Shown one piece after another: positions 11,875-26,059 of a DNA stretch of 64,000 nt (positions are counted from its first letter, which is position 1; the number at the start of each line of letters is the position of its first letter). Source of the stretch: Lama glama (lineage: Eukaryota); assembly GCA_028534125.1 (NCBI GenBank), contig CM052817.1, forward strand, positions 50,346,001 through 50,410,000, in the 5' to 3' direction. The translations under genes were made by a program, and so were the position numbers. Under the pieces are notes generated by a model. The model was not told where the DNA came from and ran no database searches. It worked only from the letters and a program-made list of their open reading frames with translations.

Positions 11875-12735
11875 CTGGTCCAAACCAGTGGTCATAATCC
11901 ATTCTCCTTGCCAGTGATTTATTTAGGAATGGACTTGGGACCCAATCCTGGAAACATGACCCATAGTAAAGTAGGCTTCCTAAGGCTGCTATAACAAATC
12001 ACCACAAACTGGGTGGCTTAACACAACAGAAATGTGTTCTTTCACAGTTCTGAAAGTTAGAGGATGAAATCTAAGGATCTGCAGGCCTGGTTCCTTCTGG
12101 ATGCTCCGAGGGAGGATCTGTCCCATGCCCCTCACTTAGCTTCTAGTTGTTGCCTGCAGTCCTTGGCACTCCTTGGCTTGCAGCTCAGTCACTCCAGTCC
12201 TTGCCTTGTCTTCACTTGACCTTCCCTACTGTGTGTCTTTTCTGTTTCTCTATGTGTTTATATGGTGTTTTTTATAAGGACAGATTTGGGGCCTACGCTA
12301 ATCAATAATACTATCTTTAGTTAAAGACAGTAAGGTGCCTGTCTTTAATTAAAATATTGGTATTTCGTTCATCATGGATTGAACATGACATCATTTTAAC
12401 AAATTACACCTGCAGAGACCCGATTTCCAAACAAGGTCCCAACCACAGGGGATACGATTCAACCCACTACAGGGGACTTCTGAAAAATTTTCTCATTCCT
12501 AAGTAGGAGAAGCAGGAAGACACAGTCCCTTTTCCTTTTCTAGATAGTATCATGTATGGAAATGATGCTTGAACGTGCTGCCACCCACTTCCCGTCAGTC
12601 TGGGGATGAAGCCAACATGCGAAGGAAGACAGTTCCAAGAATATTTCAGAGAAGAGGAGCTAGCACTAAAGAGAGGTGTTATGTGAGGTATATTTATTGT
12701 GTAAGCCAGTTTTAGTCAAGATTTCCATTGTTTCA
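11875..12735 (+). mobile_element. MaLR LTR (MLT1J-like), split by a nested MLT1C-like LTR
   Basis: 'attctccttgccagtgatt...aggaatggacttgggacccaatcctgg' before the insert; after 12471 'ggggacttctg...ggatgaagccaacatg...taagccagttttagtcaagattt...cagccaatagcatc'. Confidence 0.65.
11970..12471 (-). mobile_element. MaLR LTR (MLT1C-like), nested
   Basis: 'ggctgctataacaaatcaccacaaactgggtggcttaacacaacagaaatg...tcacagttctg' through 'atttccaaacaaggtc...attcaacccactaca'. Confidence 0.85.
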
Positions 12736-14871
12736 GCCAATAGCATCTTAAGTGAATTAGTAGTGAATTAGTAGCACTCAGATTTCATATTAATCAATCT
12801 GATGCATTGTTGTACTCTGTGGGAGTACTGAAGCAAAATAGTTTTGGTGGAAGAGATGTCACAACTATACCTTCTGGAATAATGTTACTTTATTTCATAG
12901 AAAATATCTGATCAAATGACTGATTTGTGGCTTATAACTTATTTTAATTAACCTAAGAGTTTCTCTACAGGACATTCCATCCAGAGCCAACTTAATGTTA
13001 ATTAGTGATTATGCATGACACTTGTGGGATTTGACCAGGGTGGCGCTCTATTGTCATTAAAACATCCACAGGAAATACACTAGTTGTGTGAGATCTGTAG
13101 GGCAATCACTTAGTCACATGTAGCCAATCACTTGATTGTTAGTACTGATAAGTGAGGGTTTGGAAAGGAGGCTGTTGTGGTGGTTCCTGACAGAGGTGAA
13201 GAGAGCTTGATATAGAGCAGTAGGAGTGATATTAGAGAGGATGGAATATACTTTCAGGGGAGGAATGTAAAGTTCTTGGAAGTACGATTGGAAAATGGAA
13301 ATAGACAAAGCAGGCAGAAGAGTAAATTTGATGCCAAGTATTTGAACCCCTCAACAAGTCCTTTCTCTAAATGCTGTAAAAACTAATCGAGTCCACTAGG
13401 CTTGTGAAATTGCTTTGAGGATGCTTTGTTTGATGTGATATTTGAGTTCTTCTTTGATTTAATTTCCCTGATAGTAAAAAAGAAAATCATTTTTATTTTA
13501 GCTTTTACATTAATTTGTATAATGCTAGATCCAGATGGTATAACAATGGGTCTCCTTTAATCTCCTGTTAACCTAGCAAATATCTTTAAAAATGTGTTGG
13601 TCATTTCTAGCAGTTGGGTTTTCTTAATGGCTCAATGACTTGGATATGGTTTAATGGTGATGTGAATTCTTTGGCAGTCCTCTTTAAAATCCTGAATAAA
13701 ATGGCATTTTTATAGACACTATACTGCACATTTAAACAGGTTACAGTGAAAACCAACTAATATTGAGTATAATTCTTAAGGATAATGCTTAATATTAGTT
13801 TGTATGAAGATTTTTCTTTTCATGAAAATACAATGGAAAACATCTTAACTTATTTTTGACATACCACAAGTTGTTTTACCCTCCATATTTGCATTTAAAT
13901 TCATTTCTGAGAACAATTATTAAGAGCAGTGAATGAAGACTGAATCCCTGTGAATATAGGTTAGGCACCATTCTATGTACTTTTTTTTTTTTTAACAGCC
14001 ATAAAGCAAATTGCTTTAATTCTTTCACAGTTGGGCCAGAGCTGTCTGTTTGGATTTCACAAGATGTGTCTACTACCTTGGATATTAAAACAAATGTTAC
14101 ACTGCTTCAGCAAGATCCATTTTGGTTTTTAGCCAGTCACATTGTAGAGGACTGTCTATAAATCAGGATATTATAATCTGAATGTCAGTATTAGAAAATA
14201 TAGCAGTCTTAAAATAATACTCTACACATTATCAAACAATCTCTGTCCTGTTTTCTTTATACATTTCTAAAGTTATGTATGTTAGGGCTTTAACAAACTT
14301 GTATTTGTAGTAATTCTGTGTTTATGCTAAAACTCACATGCCTCTTGTTTATCCTCTTTCCTTCTTCAAACTCTCTTCTCCCTTGACCTTTGCTGGTTTC
14401 ACTTTCTCTTGAAATGACGACCTTCATTGGTCCAATTTCTCTTTTTTAGGCTGCTAAATGGGCTTCGTTTTTTCAGGTGTTTGCTCAAATGTCACTCTTT
14501 CAGTGAGGCGTTCCGTGAACAGCTGATAGAAAATTGCAAGCGCCTTCTTTCTTGAAAACTCTCTATACCTTAGGGATTAGTAAAGTTATATTTCTCACTT
14601 TCATTATTGACCTCTGCTCAGAGTTTCAAACTTCACAGAATCATTCAATAATATTTGGAGCACTGTGTCTATATTATAGAGATGATATTGGTCTTATTCC
14701 TGCATGTGTGGGAATTTCTTAGATTACTGTTGTTACTATTATTATTGATACTGGAATATTACAGTTGTAATGGAATATATTACATATGTTATATATGTGG
14801 ACTCTTCACAGTGAGGTCCTCAGCTGGCGTCTTTTGACTGAGTTACATTGAATGTTAGTAATGGTCCACAA

Positions 14872-15274
14872 TGACCTAGATATTATCATATTAAGTGAAG
14901 TAAGTCAGACAGAGAAAGACAAATATCATATGATGTCACTTATATATGCAATCTAAAAAAATACGAATTTTGTTTACAAACCAGAAATAGACTCATGGAC
15001 ATAGAAAACAAACTGTGGTTACTGGGGGAAAAAAGGGGGAGGAGGGATAGATTAGTTTATGATTAATAGATACACATTATTATATATAACACAGGTAAAC
15101 AACAAGGACCTACTGTATAGCACAGGGAACTATATTCAGTTTCTTGTAATGAGATGTAATGGAAAAGAATGAAAAAATTTATGTGTATGTATATGTATAA
15201 CGGAATTGCTTTGCTGTACACATGAAACTAACATTGTAAATGGACCACTTCAATAAAAAATAAGAATTAAAAAA
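14872..15274 (+). mobile_element. Lineage-specific L1 3' end, 5'-truncated, with TSD
   Basis: 'agtgaagtaagtcagacagagaaagacaaatatcatatg', 'aacaaggacctactgtatagcacagggaactatattca', AATAAA and A-rich tail; TSD taatggtccacaa (14859-14871) / taatgatccacaa (15275-15287). Confidence 0.9.
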
Positions 15275-15539
15275 TAATGATCCACAAGTGAACAGTGAGG
15301 TTAAATCATGCCTCAGAAATTAAATGGCTGTCTATATGGTAAATGTCGGCTTTTCATTGCAAGAACCAGAGATTCCCTTATTAATTGAAGACCTGTTGCT
15401 CGAGCAAAGTAGTTACCTTCTCTGAATCACAGTTTCAACTTTAATAGCTTTAAAATTGTTTACAGCACAAGATTATTTTAAAAATTAGATGAATTGTCAT
15501 GTAAAATCTAGTTTGACAAAAAAATTATGAAGTTACTTG

Positions 15540-17040
15540 AGATTCATTCATTGCTCAAGAGGTTGGAGTATGGTGATAGATAGGCTAGCCCTGCAATCGG
15601 TTCTGTTGTGATCTGGTTGAGGCAATGAACCTTAAAAACAACCAGTACTGACCATTTTATAGATCCTCTATTAAAAGTTGACAAAGGCAGAGGAGGAACG
15701 AGTGAATGAAAGTCTTTTGAGGAGGTGAGGCTTTAGTTGAGTCTTGAAGTCAAAGTGTTATTTTGATAAGGTTTGAGAAGGGAGCCCAAATTAAGAGAAC
15801 ATCATACTCAAAAGCATGTAGGCATGAAACAGTCTGTCTCATTCATGTTGTAAGAAGCTTCATATTGAAATCAAGAAGATATTTAATGAGGTTGCAAGAT
15901 TGAGAATAAGGATTTAGGTAGTGGCTTGTGCAATAAACTAAGAAATCTGAACCAGAAGTCAGCATCACTATAAAAGATTCTAAGCGGGTATTAGTGTGAT
16001 TATATTAATCATGTTAAAAGGTTACATTGGGAACAGTGAGGAGGATGGATTAGAGAGAGGTAGATCTAGAGAATAGGGAGAATTCCAATGATGTAAATCA
16101 GGAAAAAATGAGATCTGAATTAAACAGCAGCGATAGAAAAATGGCATATATTTGAGGCAATATAGGAGGTATAATTGACTGCCCATAGTGACCAATTGGA
16201 TGTGGTAAAAGATGGAAGTCTCCATGTTTCTGTATTAGACCCTGGATAGATGACATAATTCACTAAAATAGTAATTAAAGAAGAAGAAATCAGAGTTCAA
16301 GGTAAAGGCATTTCTTTTTGAAGCATGTTGCATTTGAGGTTTCATGGAAAATCCAGTGATTTTTGGATAAAGACAGAATTGTTGGACGTGGCCCTCAAGA
16401 TTGCATAGTTTGGTTCTTCCCTTCCATTTCAGGCTCATTCATGTACCTGTGTTCCCCACTTCTGTCTGATGGAGCAGCATGGGTCTTCTTTTTGTCCCTT
16501 GTATTCATCATCACAGAGCCTTTGTAGATATTTCCTCAGCCTGAACCACCCTTCTTTCTCTTCATTGCTTAGTTTCTTCCTACTCATATTTCATAGCTCA
16601 GTTTCAGATTAAATTTCTTGGGACAATCTTTCCTGACTTCCTTAACAAGATCAAATCCAGTAAACTTTTGTAATACTCAGAGGCCCTCAAGAATATATTT
16701 GTTGTGGAAGAAGTAAATACTAAAAGAAAGACACATGGATGCTGAGGAGCCAAAACACAACAGATTTCCATACAGCTCTTACTGTGTTCATCAATGTGTG
16801 TCTGGTCTCTGGGTTCCAGGAATTCCTGGATCTAACCATACTATTGTTGATTGTAACAGATTCAAAGGAAGAGCCTGGATCTGAGAAATATCTGAAGGGA
16901 AAGAATGATAGCATTTGATGACTGAAAAGATGTACATATTATATCTAGATTTTTCTTCCTGGATTATTAGAAGGATGATAGTAACATTGACAGAAACAGG
17001 GGAATCAGGAAAATGAATTAATTTTTCAGGGAAGATGCTT
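15540..17040 (-). mobile_element. Fragmented L2 region (includes a short oppositely oriented L2-like piece near 16440-16660)
   Basis: 'attcattcatt' tail, 'ggaggtgaggctttagttgagtcttgaag', 'gcatgttgcatttgagg', 'atagcatttgatgactga'. Confidence 0.5.
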
Positions 17041-19160
17041 AAAAATAATTGTGAATGTTGAGAAAATTATAAAGGACTCCATGCTAGCTGTGAGACTGAT
17101 AATCTTAGCTGCTGCACCTTTTTATTTAAATTTGATAAAAGGTTTATAGGTTTTAATGATTCCCTTCTTCAGTGAGGTAGACAACTGATGGACAAGGGAA
17201 GTCTTTTTGTGTAATCAGTGGCTGCCTTGTAACTTCTAACTTCTTTTTTCTTTTTATCAGACCTATTGTAGAAAATATTAGTTGAAAGAAGTTATGTTAG
17301 GTAACAATTTTGTTTTTCTTTTTTTGTCAGCATTAATTAACCTATTAGGCAGGTTATTCTGATGCCAGTTTATTAGGACACATTAGGCATTCTATTGCAC
17401 TGAGATGTACTCAGCAGACATGACCTCTTGCTCTACTTTTCCAAACATCTGTTCTTCAGAGTTTACCCATAATGTCACTACCTAATTAGACTCTAACAGC
17501 ATGAAATTCTTTTCTGTTAAATGTGAAGTGGTTATGCTAAACTCTGCCATAGGAAACCTGGAGATTTGACTTAAAGGAAAGGAAAGGTTTTCTCCAAGTT
17601 TAAGTCTTTCATTAGTGAGTAGGTGATGCTACTTTTTGACCAAGGCTTTTTTGTTCAGGGATTAAAGATTACTCACACAATTCATTTTTTAAAGGTAGAA
17701 ATATAAAGAAAGGCTGTAGGCAGGGCTCTGACCTAGATTCTGTGGGATCCAGAAAGATAAGGGGTCTCTAGGATCTAGCACCTGCTGTAGAGTAGGTGCT
17801 GATGCTTCCACAATCTAAAGTGAGGTCACGGCTCTTTCCAAGGCTTCATTAGCCTGACATTTATGTATAATGCTAAGTTCCACTACATCAGGGGGATCTC
17901 CCTACATCTGGGGGAATTATTATTTACATAAGCACTCAGTGATAATACAGTCATGGTCCTACTGAATTTCATTTAATAAAACTTACCAATCAGTTGGGAT
18001 AACATATTTTACAGTTTTCAGTAATTTGACATAGTGTTTAAATTTCAGCGCTATTTGATGGTAAATGTGGATGAGTTGCTATTGGAAAATGATCCCCAAG
18101 GAAATTACTATGACCCTATAATCAGATTACCAAACTTTGATCTCCAAATATACATTCATTCATTCAACAAATATCTGTGAGCACCTATTAGACAATAAAG
18201 GACGTTGAATAGATTTTTGTCTCCGTTTTTTTTTATTCAGAATAATAATTTTTACTAATAGTTTATGCAACAAATCCTAGGGATTTGTCCTTTCCTTGTG
18301 TATTACATTTTTTCCCACAAATATTAGGCATCCAAGACCTAATTAAAAACTTAAACAAAAATTGAATTTATGCAATCTAATCCAGAATAAATGAATCTAT
18401 TTTTTAATATTTATAACCAGGATTTTTTATTAATGGGGAGTTGTTATTGGTTATTCATTCAATTATTCATGAATTTTCTAGGTATTTTTATATAGACTTT
18501 TATGTTGAAATATATATTTTCCAACATTACAAAAGCTAGAATTGTGTTTGGATTCTGTCAAACTACTGTCACATTGTCTTTTAAAACATGGAAAAATCAT
18601 ATGTGATCTCATCAACTGTGGTACAGACTGTTGGATGAGTGAGAATATGTATTAAGTAATGTTTACCTTAAAAGCAAATTTAGTCTTTTACCCTAGTATC
18701 TAAGACTTGCTATAAAAATCGATCTCAGGAATATTTGTCTAAACTATTTCCAATGTGCATTAATAGTCGATTTAGAAGAAGTGAGGAGGGTAAAAGAATA
18801 GCAAGGTTATTCAGAGGTCTCAACAGTTAAATGTCTCATAAAAAGGATTCTTTCCTACACATGTTCTTACTCACTGCACATTGCACACAGATGATTCTAA
18901 TCACCACCACTCAAATCACCTGATGCCTCAATTACCTTGGCTTCAATGAGCACATTCCAAACTCCAGAGCACCCATATTCATACTCTGATAATAGGCTGC
19001 CAATTAAGTTATCTTTCTCTGGAAACTTATTATGGCAGTTCAGTGAATATAATGTCATTAGTGCCCTTATATCATCATAGCCTGGGCAGTTGCTGACACT
19101 GCATAAATATAACTGCTAAGCTATTAAAGTAGCTCTTCAACCACAATAGCCTTGAAATCT

Positions 19161-19179
19161 CACACACACACACACACAC
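19161..19179. repeat. Short (CA)n microsatellite
   Basis: About 9 CA units read directly. Confidence 0.9.
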
Positions 19180-19749
19180 GCAACCAAACCTGTATCTGTG
19201 TGTGAAGTGAGCATGTAAATATGAGTGTATGCATTTATGCATGTGTGTACAAGCAGGTCTTTCGTATAAATATATAGATGGGGAAAATGATATTCATACA
19301 CAAGGAAAGCACAGATACTTAGAAGAGGGATAAATTATTAGTAAAAATGCCTATAAAGCTCATACAACTTTGCCACCAATAAAAATGACACCAGTTGTAG
19401 CAATGGGCAGTATTTCTGTAACACGGAACACTACCAGGTTGAATTATACCTTGTTGAAATATTTCTTAAGGTATGCTGTTCCCACATGGGTTCAGGAAAT
19501 GAAGATAACACTTTAACTTGAAACTCCAGAAGAATTATCAAAGAATTTTTGGGAATCAACTCTCACTGTACAATTAGAAATACACACATTTTTCTCGAAA
19601 GTTTAGCATAAGGTTATACAAAATACAAGCATTACTGAGATTCCAGTGTAAGTTGGAATCATTCGAATTAGTTAATTAATTTCTTTCTTAAGAATTAAGA
19701 TCTGATGAATGCCATCAGTATAATAACCTGCTCTACTGGACACTTTTCT

Positions 19750-20000
19750 CCTTAGAGTGGTAATAAAGAGCATGACAGCAGGAGTCCTTCTGACTGGGTT
19801 AAAATCTTGTTTTACCACTTACCCTTGGCAAATTCTTTGACTACACTAAGCATCAGTTTCTTCATTTATAAAATGGACATTAAAATAAGAACTTGCCCCA
19901 TAGGTTTTTTGTGAGGATTAAATAATGCAATTCATATAAAGTCTTTAGCGTGGCTTCTGGAAGGGTTATCATGTCCTCAATACATGATAACCTTTATTTC
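19750..20000 (+). mobile_element. MIR SINE
   Basis: 'ctgggttaaaatc...ccttggcaaatt...catcagtttcttcatttataaaatgg...gtgaggattaaataatg'. Confidence 0.75.
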
Positions 20001-22584
20001 TGTGATTATTTATATCTTAAATTATTTTAAAATTTTCCAAGTCCCACTGACTCTCTGTGGTAATATTTTAAATGTCTCAAACCACAGAAAAGAAACTTTA
20101 CAATGAAAGACAACATTCAAGATGAAGACAGTTCTAAAAATTAACACAAATTCTTAAAAGCTGAGCCTGATTTTATACTATTTATATCCTTGGGCTACTA
20201 AAGCTATACTCACAGTAATTATTAAATTTTGGCACACTCTGTGGGCCCTACTTAAGATAAAGAGGTTTTCTAAATCATTAGATTGAATATTTAGACCCAG
20301 TCTAATAAGGTAGGAGTACAGTGTTGCCAAATCATTTATCAAATAAATATCTTTACTATATGCCCTAAAACATGGCACAATCCTGCCAAAACAGAAATTC
20401 CTTTTATTATGGACTACCGAGAGAAATACTGCTCTGCTAGATTGTGACATACTCTTATCTGTAGGAGAGCATTCTCTCCTTTGTAATTAAAGACACTACT
20501 AATTGAGTGGCCCTCATGCCAGTCATCCTGGTTGAAACTAGAATATGGTTAGGGAAATAATCACTGGCATATTGGTTTCTTCAAAACTATATGAGAAGCA
20601 TGGCATGTGATTCATTATTCTGTGAAAGGAGCATCTTAAAAGAGCTCTGTGTGGAAATCAACTGCCTATCAGAGAAATCAGGGAAAATGGTGTTTTGGGG
20701 GAATCAGAAGCTGTTTCCTCATCAGATTTGGCTTTCATGCCTTGCACTTGAGAGTTCTCGTACTGGAAGTCGTGCAGAACGTGGAGAGACAAGAGCAAAA
20801 TTGTAGGTCCCACTGGGCAGTTCTTTTTTATAACCATTTCATCAGTGATAATTTAGGGCTCTGTTCCCTTCAGCGTTCAGCGATCTAAATGTTATAGGCC
20901 ATGGCAGTACTATTCATGGGGCTAGTGGAAACTTACTTTACCTAATCTTGATTTATGCCCCTGAATCTGTAAAGAACTGGCCTTCACTCTGCTGAATCCC
21001 CTCATGCTTCCTTTGGTGCTCATGCATGAAAGTCTGAACTCCAGCTAAATTCCCCCTGTGGCCATATAGTATATGGAACATCTGACTCTTATTTTCAGAA
21101 AAGTGGGATACCAAAATAATAGTGAAGCAAATAGAATCCTTTTCTGAAAGTAATATTAAATGTTCAGAGCAAAGGGAAAGATAATTATTTTTTGAAGTCA
21201 ATTTAATTTCAGAGGACTGCTCTTTATGTTTGATTTTGACCTATATTTTCAGATGATATGGACCAGTTGTTGGGATTCATTCCAAGTTCATAAAAATGAA
21301 GGTGAAGTATTGGAAGTCACTAAAAAGCACAGGAGGCAAGAATAGGAGAAAGGCCAAGATGGAGATTTGTTACTGGATCATTAAAAAGTGCTAAACTGAA
21401 CCTTCCCATGGAAGGTTTCCTAAGGGTCAGAACTCAGCGCAGAGGAGGCCTGAGATTCTGATAGGCACTTACTGTGCTTCCTTGAGGAAGAAAGGCAGCG
21501 TGCTTTATATTGGATGAATCCTTGGGTAGAGACCTTGATATTGGGTATTATTAGGAGTTCTAAAAGGGAAAAGGGCCTTGGATATTTTAATATCTAATTA
21601 TAAGAAGTTAAACAAAAGGAAATTAGAGGGCATGAGTAATGATGTATATACATGCACACATACCATTTAAATCCTGTATATATGGCTACTGGTGGTGTCC
21701 CACGAAGTCTCCACCAGAAACCTTGGAGTCAAATCTAACCATGTATTTGTTTTCATATTCTTTTTCATTAAAGGTTATTACAAGATATTACACTGAAAGC
21801 GAAAAAGTAGCATCTGCACTATGCTCTGCTCTGCTTAAATCCTATTTGTATAAAATTTGTATAAAATCCTGCTTGCTTGCCTGTTACGATACATATAATT
21901 TGAAAGAAACTTATTCCTCTGTATCTCAAATAGGGCCAGAAACCTTTTTAATTGGATTTCAACCTTGGCTTGTAATTTCTGCTCCCAGGAAAGTAATAAT
22001 GTAGTCACAGTACCCCTTGACCTTTTCTAGAAATATTGCCTTGTTCTTTTCAGGACCCTAAGAAACCCTCTGTGACTCACCCTAAGAACTGATGAATCAC
22101 ACCAGCTATGGGAACAGATGAAACTGGGCAATTGAAAATTCCCACTTTTGGGTAGAAGGCTGTAAGCAGTACAGTGTTTGGATTTGATATTGCTTAACAG
22201 GGGGAAGGGCCTAGGGAATCTAATGACTCTTTATTTGCTATTATTGTGGTTGTTGCTGTTATTGTTGTTGCTTGTTGCCGTTGTTATTTGTCTTATTTCT
22301 CAATTTGGCAGCTCTGCCATAAAGGCATAAGGAAAGGCTTTTCTGTGAAATTATGTTTAAGTGACAAAAGGAGAGAAAAACTTTACAGACAGAGCTCAGT
22401 TAGAGCAGATGGGAAAACCAAGAGACAATAGAAAGCATGATGTGCTCAAGAAATGGAAAGAAACCTCATCTAGTTGGCGTGTTTGGAGCAAGGAAGAAAT
22501 TAGTGGGGGCTTGAAACTAGAGATGGAATTGGAAACCAGATCCTTTATGGTCTTGGAGATCATGTTCAAGATTTGAACTTCTGA

Positions 22585-22905
22585 CTTTTGTATACACTGC
22601 AGTGTGCTCACTGCCAGAAGTTGTTTTCGTCCATCATCACACAGTTGACCCCCTTTACTCATTCTCCCAACCACCTTCCCCTCAGCTAACCACTACTCTG
22701 TTCTCTATATCTATGTATTTCTTTTTGTTTGGTTTGTTCATTTGTTTATTTGCCTGTTTTATAAATTCTCCATATGAGCGAAATCATGCAGTATTCGTCT
22801 TTCTCCATCAAACTTATTTCCCTTAGCATAGTACTCTCAAGGTCCATCCATGTTGTTACAGATGGTTGGATTTCATCTTTTTATGGCTGAGTAGTATTCC
22901 ATAGT
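22585..22905 (-). mobile_element. L1 3'-region fragment (laurasiatherian L1MA-type)
   Basis: 'catatgagcgaaatcatgcagtattcgtctttctcc...cttagcatagtactctcaaggtccatccatgttgttacagatgg...tatggctgagtagtattccat'. Confidence 0.8.
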
Positions 22906-23994
22906 AGTAGTAGTTAAAAACCTGCTGTATATATATAAGTGACAGGTTTTAAGTGTTGGTAAATAACAGAGTGACTAGAGATTGTGTACGACCTGAAGTG
23001 GGTAGATGAATGCTGTTCTAAAGATTGAAGATGAGGAATGTGGTTGTATAGAATGAATAGGAATCTGTAACTAAAATGAGAGTTAGTGATGTGTCCATTG
23101 TGGTGAGTCTTCAGACTTGAGGCTAGGAGTTTTGTTTGAAGTTTAGAGCCACTTGACCTGTCTGCTGGTGCTGCTAAATCCAAGTCACTTGTGCTCAACA
23201 CAGCACACACTCCAGAAAAGGAAGAAGAGAGCTGGTTTTCTTGTGAAACTTAAACTTTTTCTATCACTTAAGGTGTAAGATATGGAGAAACATTTTATGA
23301 GTTATATAGCTTTGGGATTCTTTGTTTGAAACTCTTCATTCCAAGTGCTATAAATGGAATTTCACTAATAAAATTTCACTTCTTAAGACCACCTTGTTTT
23401 GGAGATCTGTGAGTTAGGATTTAACTAAAAACTCTAGAGAACACTTTTATTTTTTTTTCTGGTTTATGAGTGATTTTTGATATAATCACCAATTAAATAA
23501 TTCACTTCATTCAGTGCCCCCAGTACATTCATACATGCACATGCAAGCCCAAAGGCAAGTGGGCTTTTCCCACCGTGGATGCAGAATATGCATGTGGCTG
23601 AGGATTCTCCAAGTCAATTTGTAGTTACCCCAAGTCTCCATTTTGGCCCAACTCTCTCCCTGTGCCTGTGGCCCCAAGCAAACTCTTCTCCTGAACATTA
23701 CTTTTGTCCTCTTAGAAGTGGGAGTCAGAAGCAATATTTGAGGCAGATTTTGTAAACCTTGGGGGAATAAGACCTTTGTGTGAGGCAGGCGTGGCTGTCA
23801 AGGCTCCCTGGAGAAAGAGAACATTCAGCAGTCAGCCCTGCTTGGGCTGAGCCTGCATCCTCCACCCCATCTGCTGCCCCCTATGCAGCCTCCAGCATGT
23901 GTGTGTGGAGGGGTGGGGGTGGGCAGCAGCTCTTCTCTGTGCTCTCCATCAATTGCTTAACCCTGTGTATTAAGCACTTCTTCATTTTTTTTGT

Positions 23995-24220
23995 AATGAC
24001 CTGTGTGTCTATCCCTCCACCAGTACCACGCAGTTCTGATTACTGTAGTTATAGTATAAGCCTCAGACTGATTCTTCCCACTTTATTCTTCTTTTTCAAA
24101 ATTATTTTAGTTATTTTACTTTCTTTGCTTTTCTGTATAATTTTTGGAATAACCTTGTCTATACCACAAAAAGCCCTACTGGGATTTTGATAGGAATTGC
24201 TTTAAACCTATACATCAATA
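23995..24220 (-). mobile_element. Old L1 ORF2 fragment
   Basis: 'ccagtaccacgcagttctgattactgtag...ttcttctttttcaaaatt...ctgggattttgataggaattgc'. Confidence 0.7.
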
Positions 24221-26059
24221 ATCAACTGACACACAGCTATCTTCCAATTACAGAAATCCTTATTAAAGACAGAACTGCTCTTCAGTCTCTTCAGTCATGA
24301 CAAGAACCTATCTAGGATATGAATAATTTTCTCCTTAGCTGTTTTATAAGAATTGGTATTCTAGAATGGGCTCCAAAATTAAATTGAAAGAAATAGGTAA
24401 GAAGAAAATGGAATTTTCTCTTTAGTTTGCCAGGTTCTCAGAGCTGATCTCATTTCTGAAACGTCTGCCTTAGTGCCAATTTGTCAGATTCTCCCAGCTC
24501 CCAATCCAGTGATAGACAGGGATAGCACATTTGAAGTATAAAGCATTAATGTTTGGAAAGGGAGGTATTGGAAAGATAGCACTTCTTGGATTTTTTCACA
24601 AGAACAGCTTAATTACATCTTTTATTTAATTTTCTGTAATTCTAGATGTAAAGTGGAGGGAGCTAGTACATTTTATAAGGCCATGTTCTTGCTTCAGTGA
24701 TATAATGATGAACCATGCTGAAATAATGGGAGGTTCCACTTCATTACACCACTGTTTGCCATTTTTAGCATTCTGCAGAAAATATATGAGATATGTGGCA
24801 TTTGAGAGAAGAATTCACTGCATCCTTATCTGACTTCCAAAATCCCTTTGAAGCAATTGTGTGATGGCCTTAACCATGAGCCTGTTGGTTGAATTTTAAT
24901 TTTAATAGGAATCAATGAAATTTTGATTTTATTACTTAACACTGTCAAAAATTTTTTATTAATTACTAATTATTTGTATTTAGTGTATGAATGCTTTGCA
25001 TTTATAATCATAAAGTGTAATAAACAGTAGTCAATTATGCACAACAAATACCTTTTCAGATATAATGCTTATAATAAAAGCTAGTGCATACCTATGGCAG
25101 TTTATAATCCATAATGGAGCATGCACAATAAAATTATGAAATTACATCACTTAATGGTTTTATTAACTAGCAGCTTCTTTAAAAATTGAAAAAGTCATTT
25201 ATATTCATGGAAGAAAATTCAAGCAGTGGAAAGGTGATACAATGAAAGTAATTCTCGTCTCTTCTAGACCCCTCCAGCACCCAGTTCTCTAGTGTGGAGG
25301 GATAGCTATAGGTCCAGTTGCTTTTTACAGTATTTATGTGATAAAAAATAGTTTAAAACCTCACTAACTCACACTAACTGAAAGGAAGGTCACTACAACT
25401 TGATGTAAAATCTGAATTATAGTGTATTTCACAAGAAATATGTCTTTACAACTTGGGGCTATAATGAGTAACTGCTGACTAAGAAAGGGGAGGATGGAGA
25501 AGAGCATTTATTTTAAAGTGTCCATTTGTTCTTTTCAAACAGATTTTACCCATATTAATTCTTTTACTGTAAAGCTATTGATACTCTCTGCTTTAAAAAT
25601 AGTTTTCTGCCCTGCACAGTTAAATATGCTATGCATTTACCATGTTTACAGTGTTCTTTGCTTATCAAATTCTATTTTCCAGAAAGTACAAAAATAAATT
25701 CTAGCTCAGCAGCCTGAATTGTATTCATGCCCCTTCATATATCAAACATTTCAAACTACTGAACTTATATAGAAGCCTTGCTTGTTTCTTTTGAGGACTG
25801 CATATGTTACTTTTGAAAATACTCATGGAAACTTGAAGACTTCATATGTAATTCTTTTGAAAGATTAGCGTATGTTTTTGAGTATAGTATTTTATCCCAG
25901 CAACCCCCTCTGAGTCTCATATGGAAAGCATTAGGATGTTAATCTCTAAGGCAGTTGTTCTTAGGGAACATTACTGAATGATTATGATATGAAAAAGACA
26001 TTAATAAAGAGGAATGAATCTTGATAGAGAGGTATCAGTACAGAAGGAGGAAGATGTAA

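Noticed and set aside
11335..11917. ORFs of 176-186 aa
   Set aside because: Artefacts of translating through the 500-N gap.
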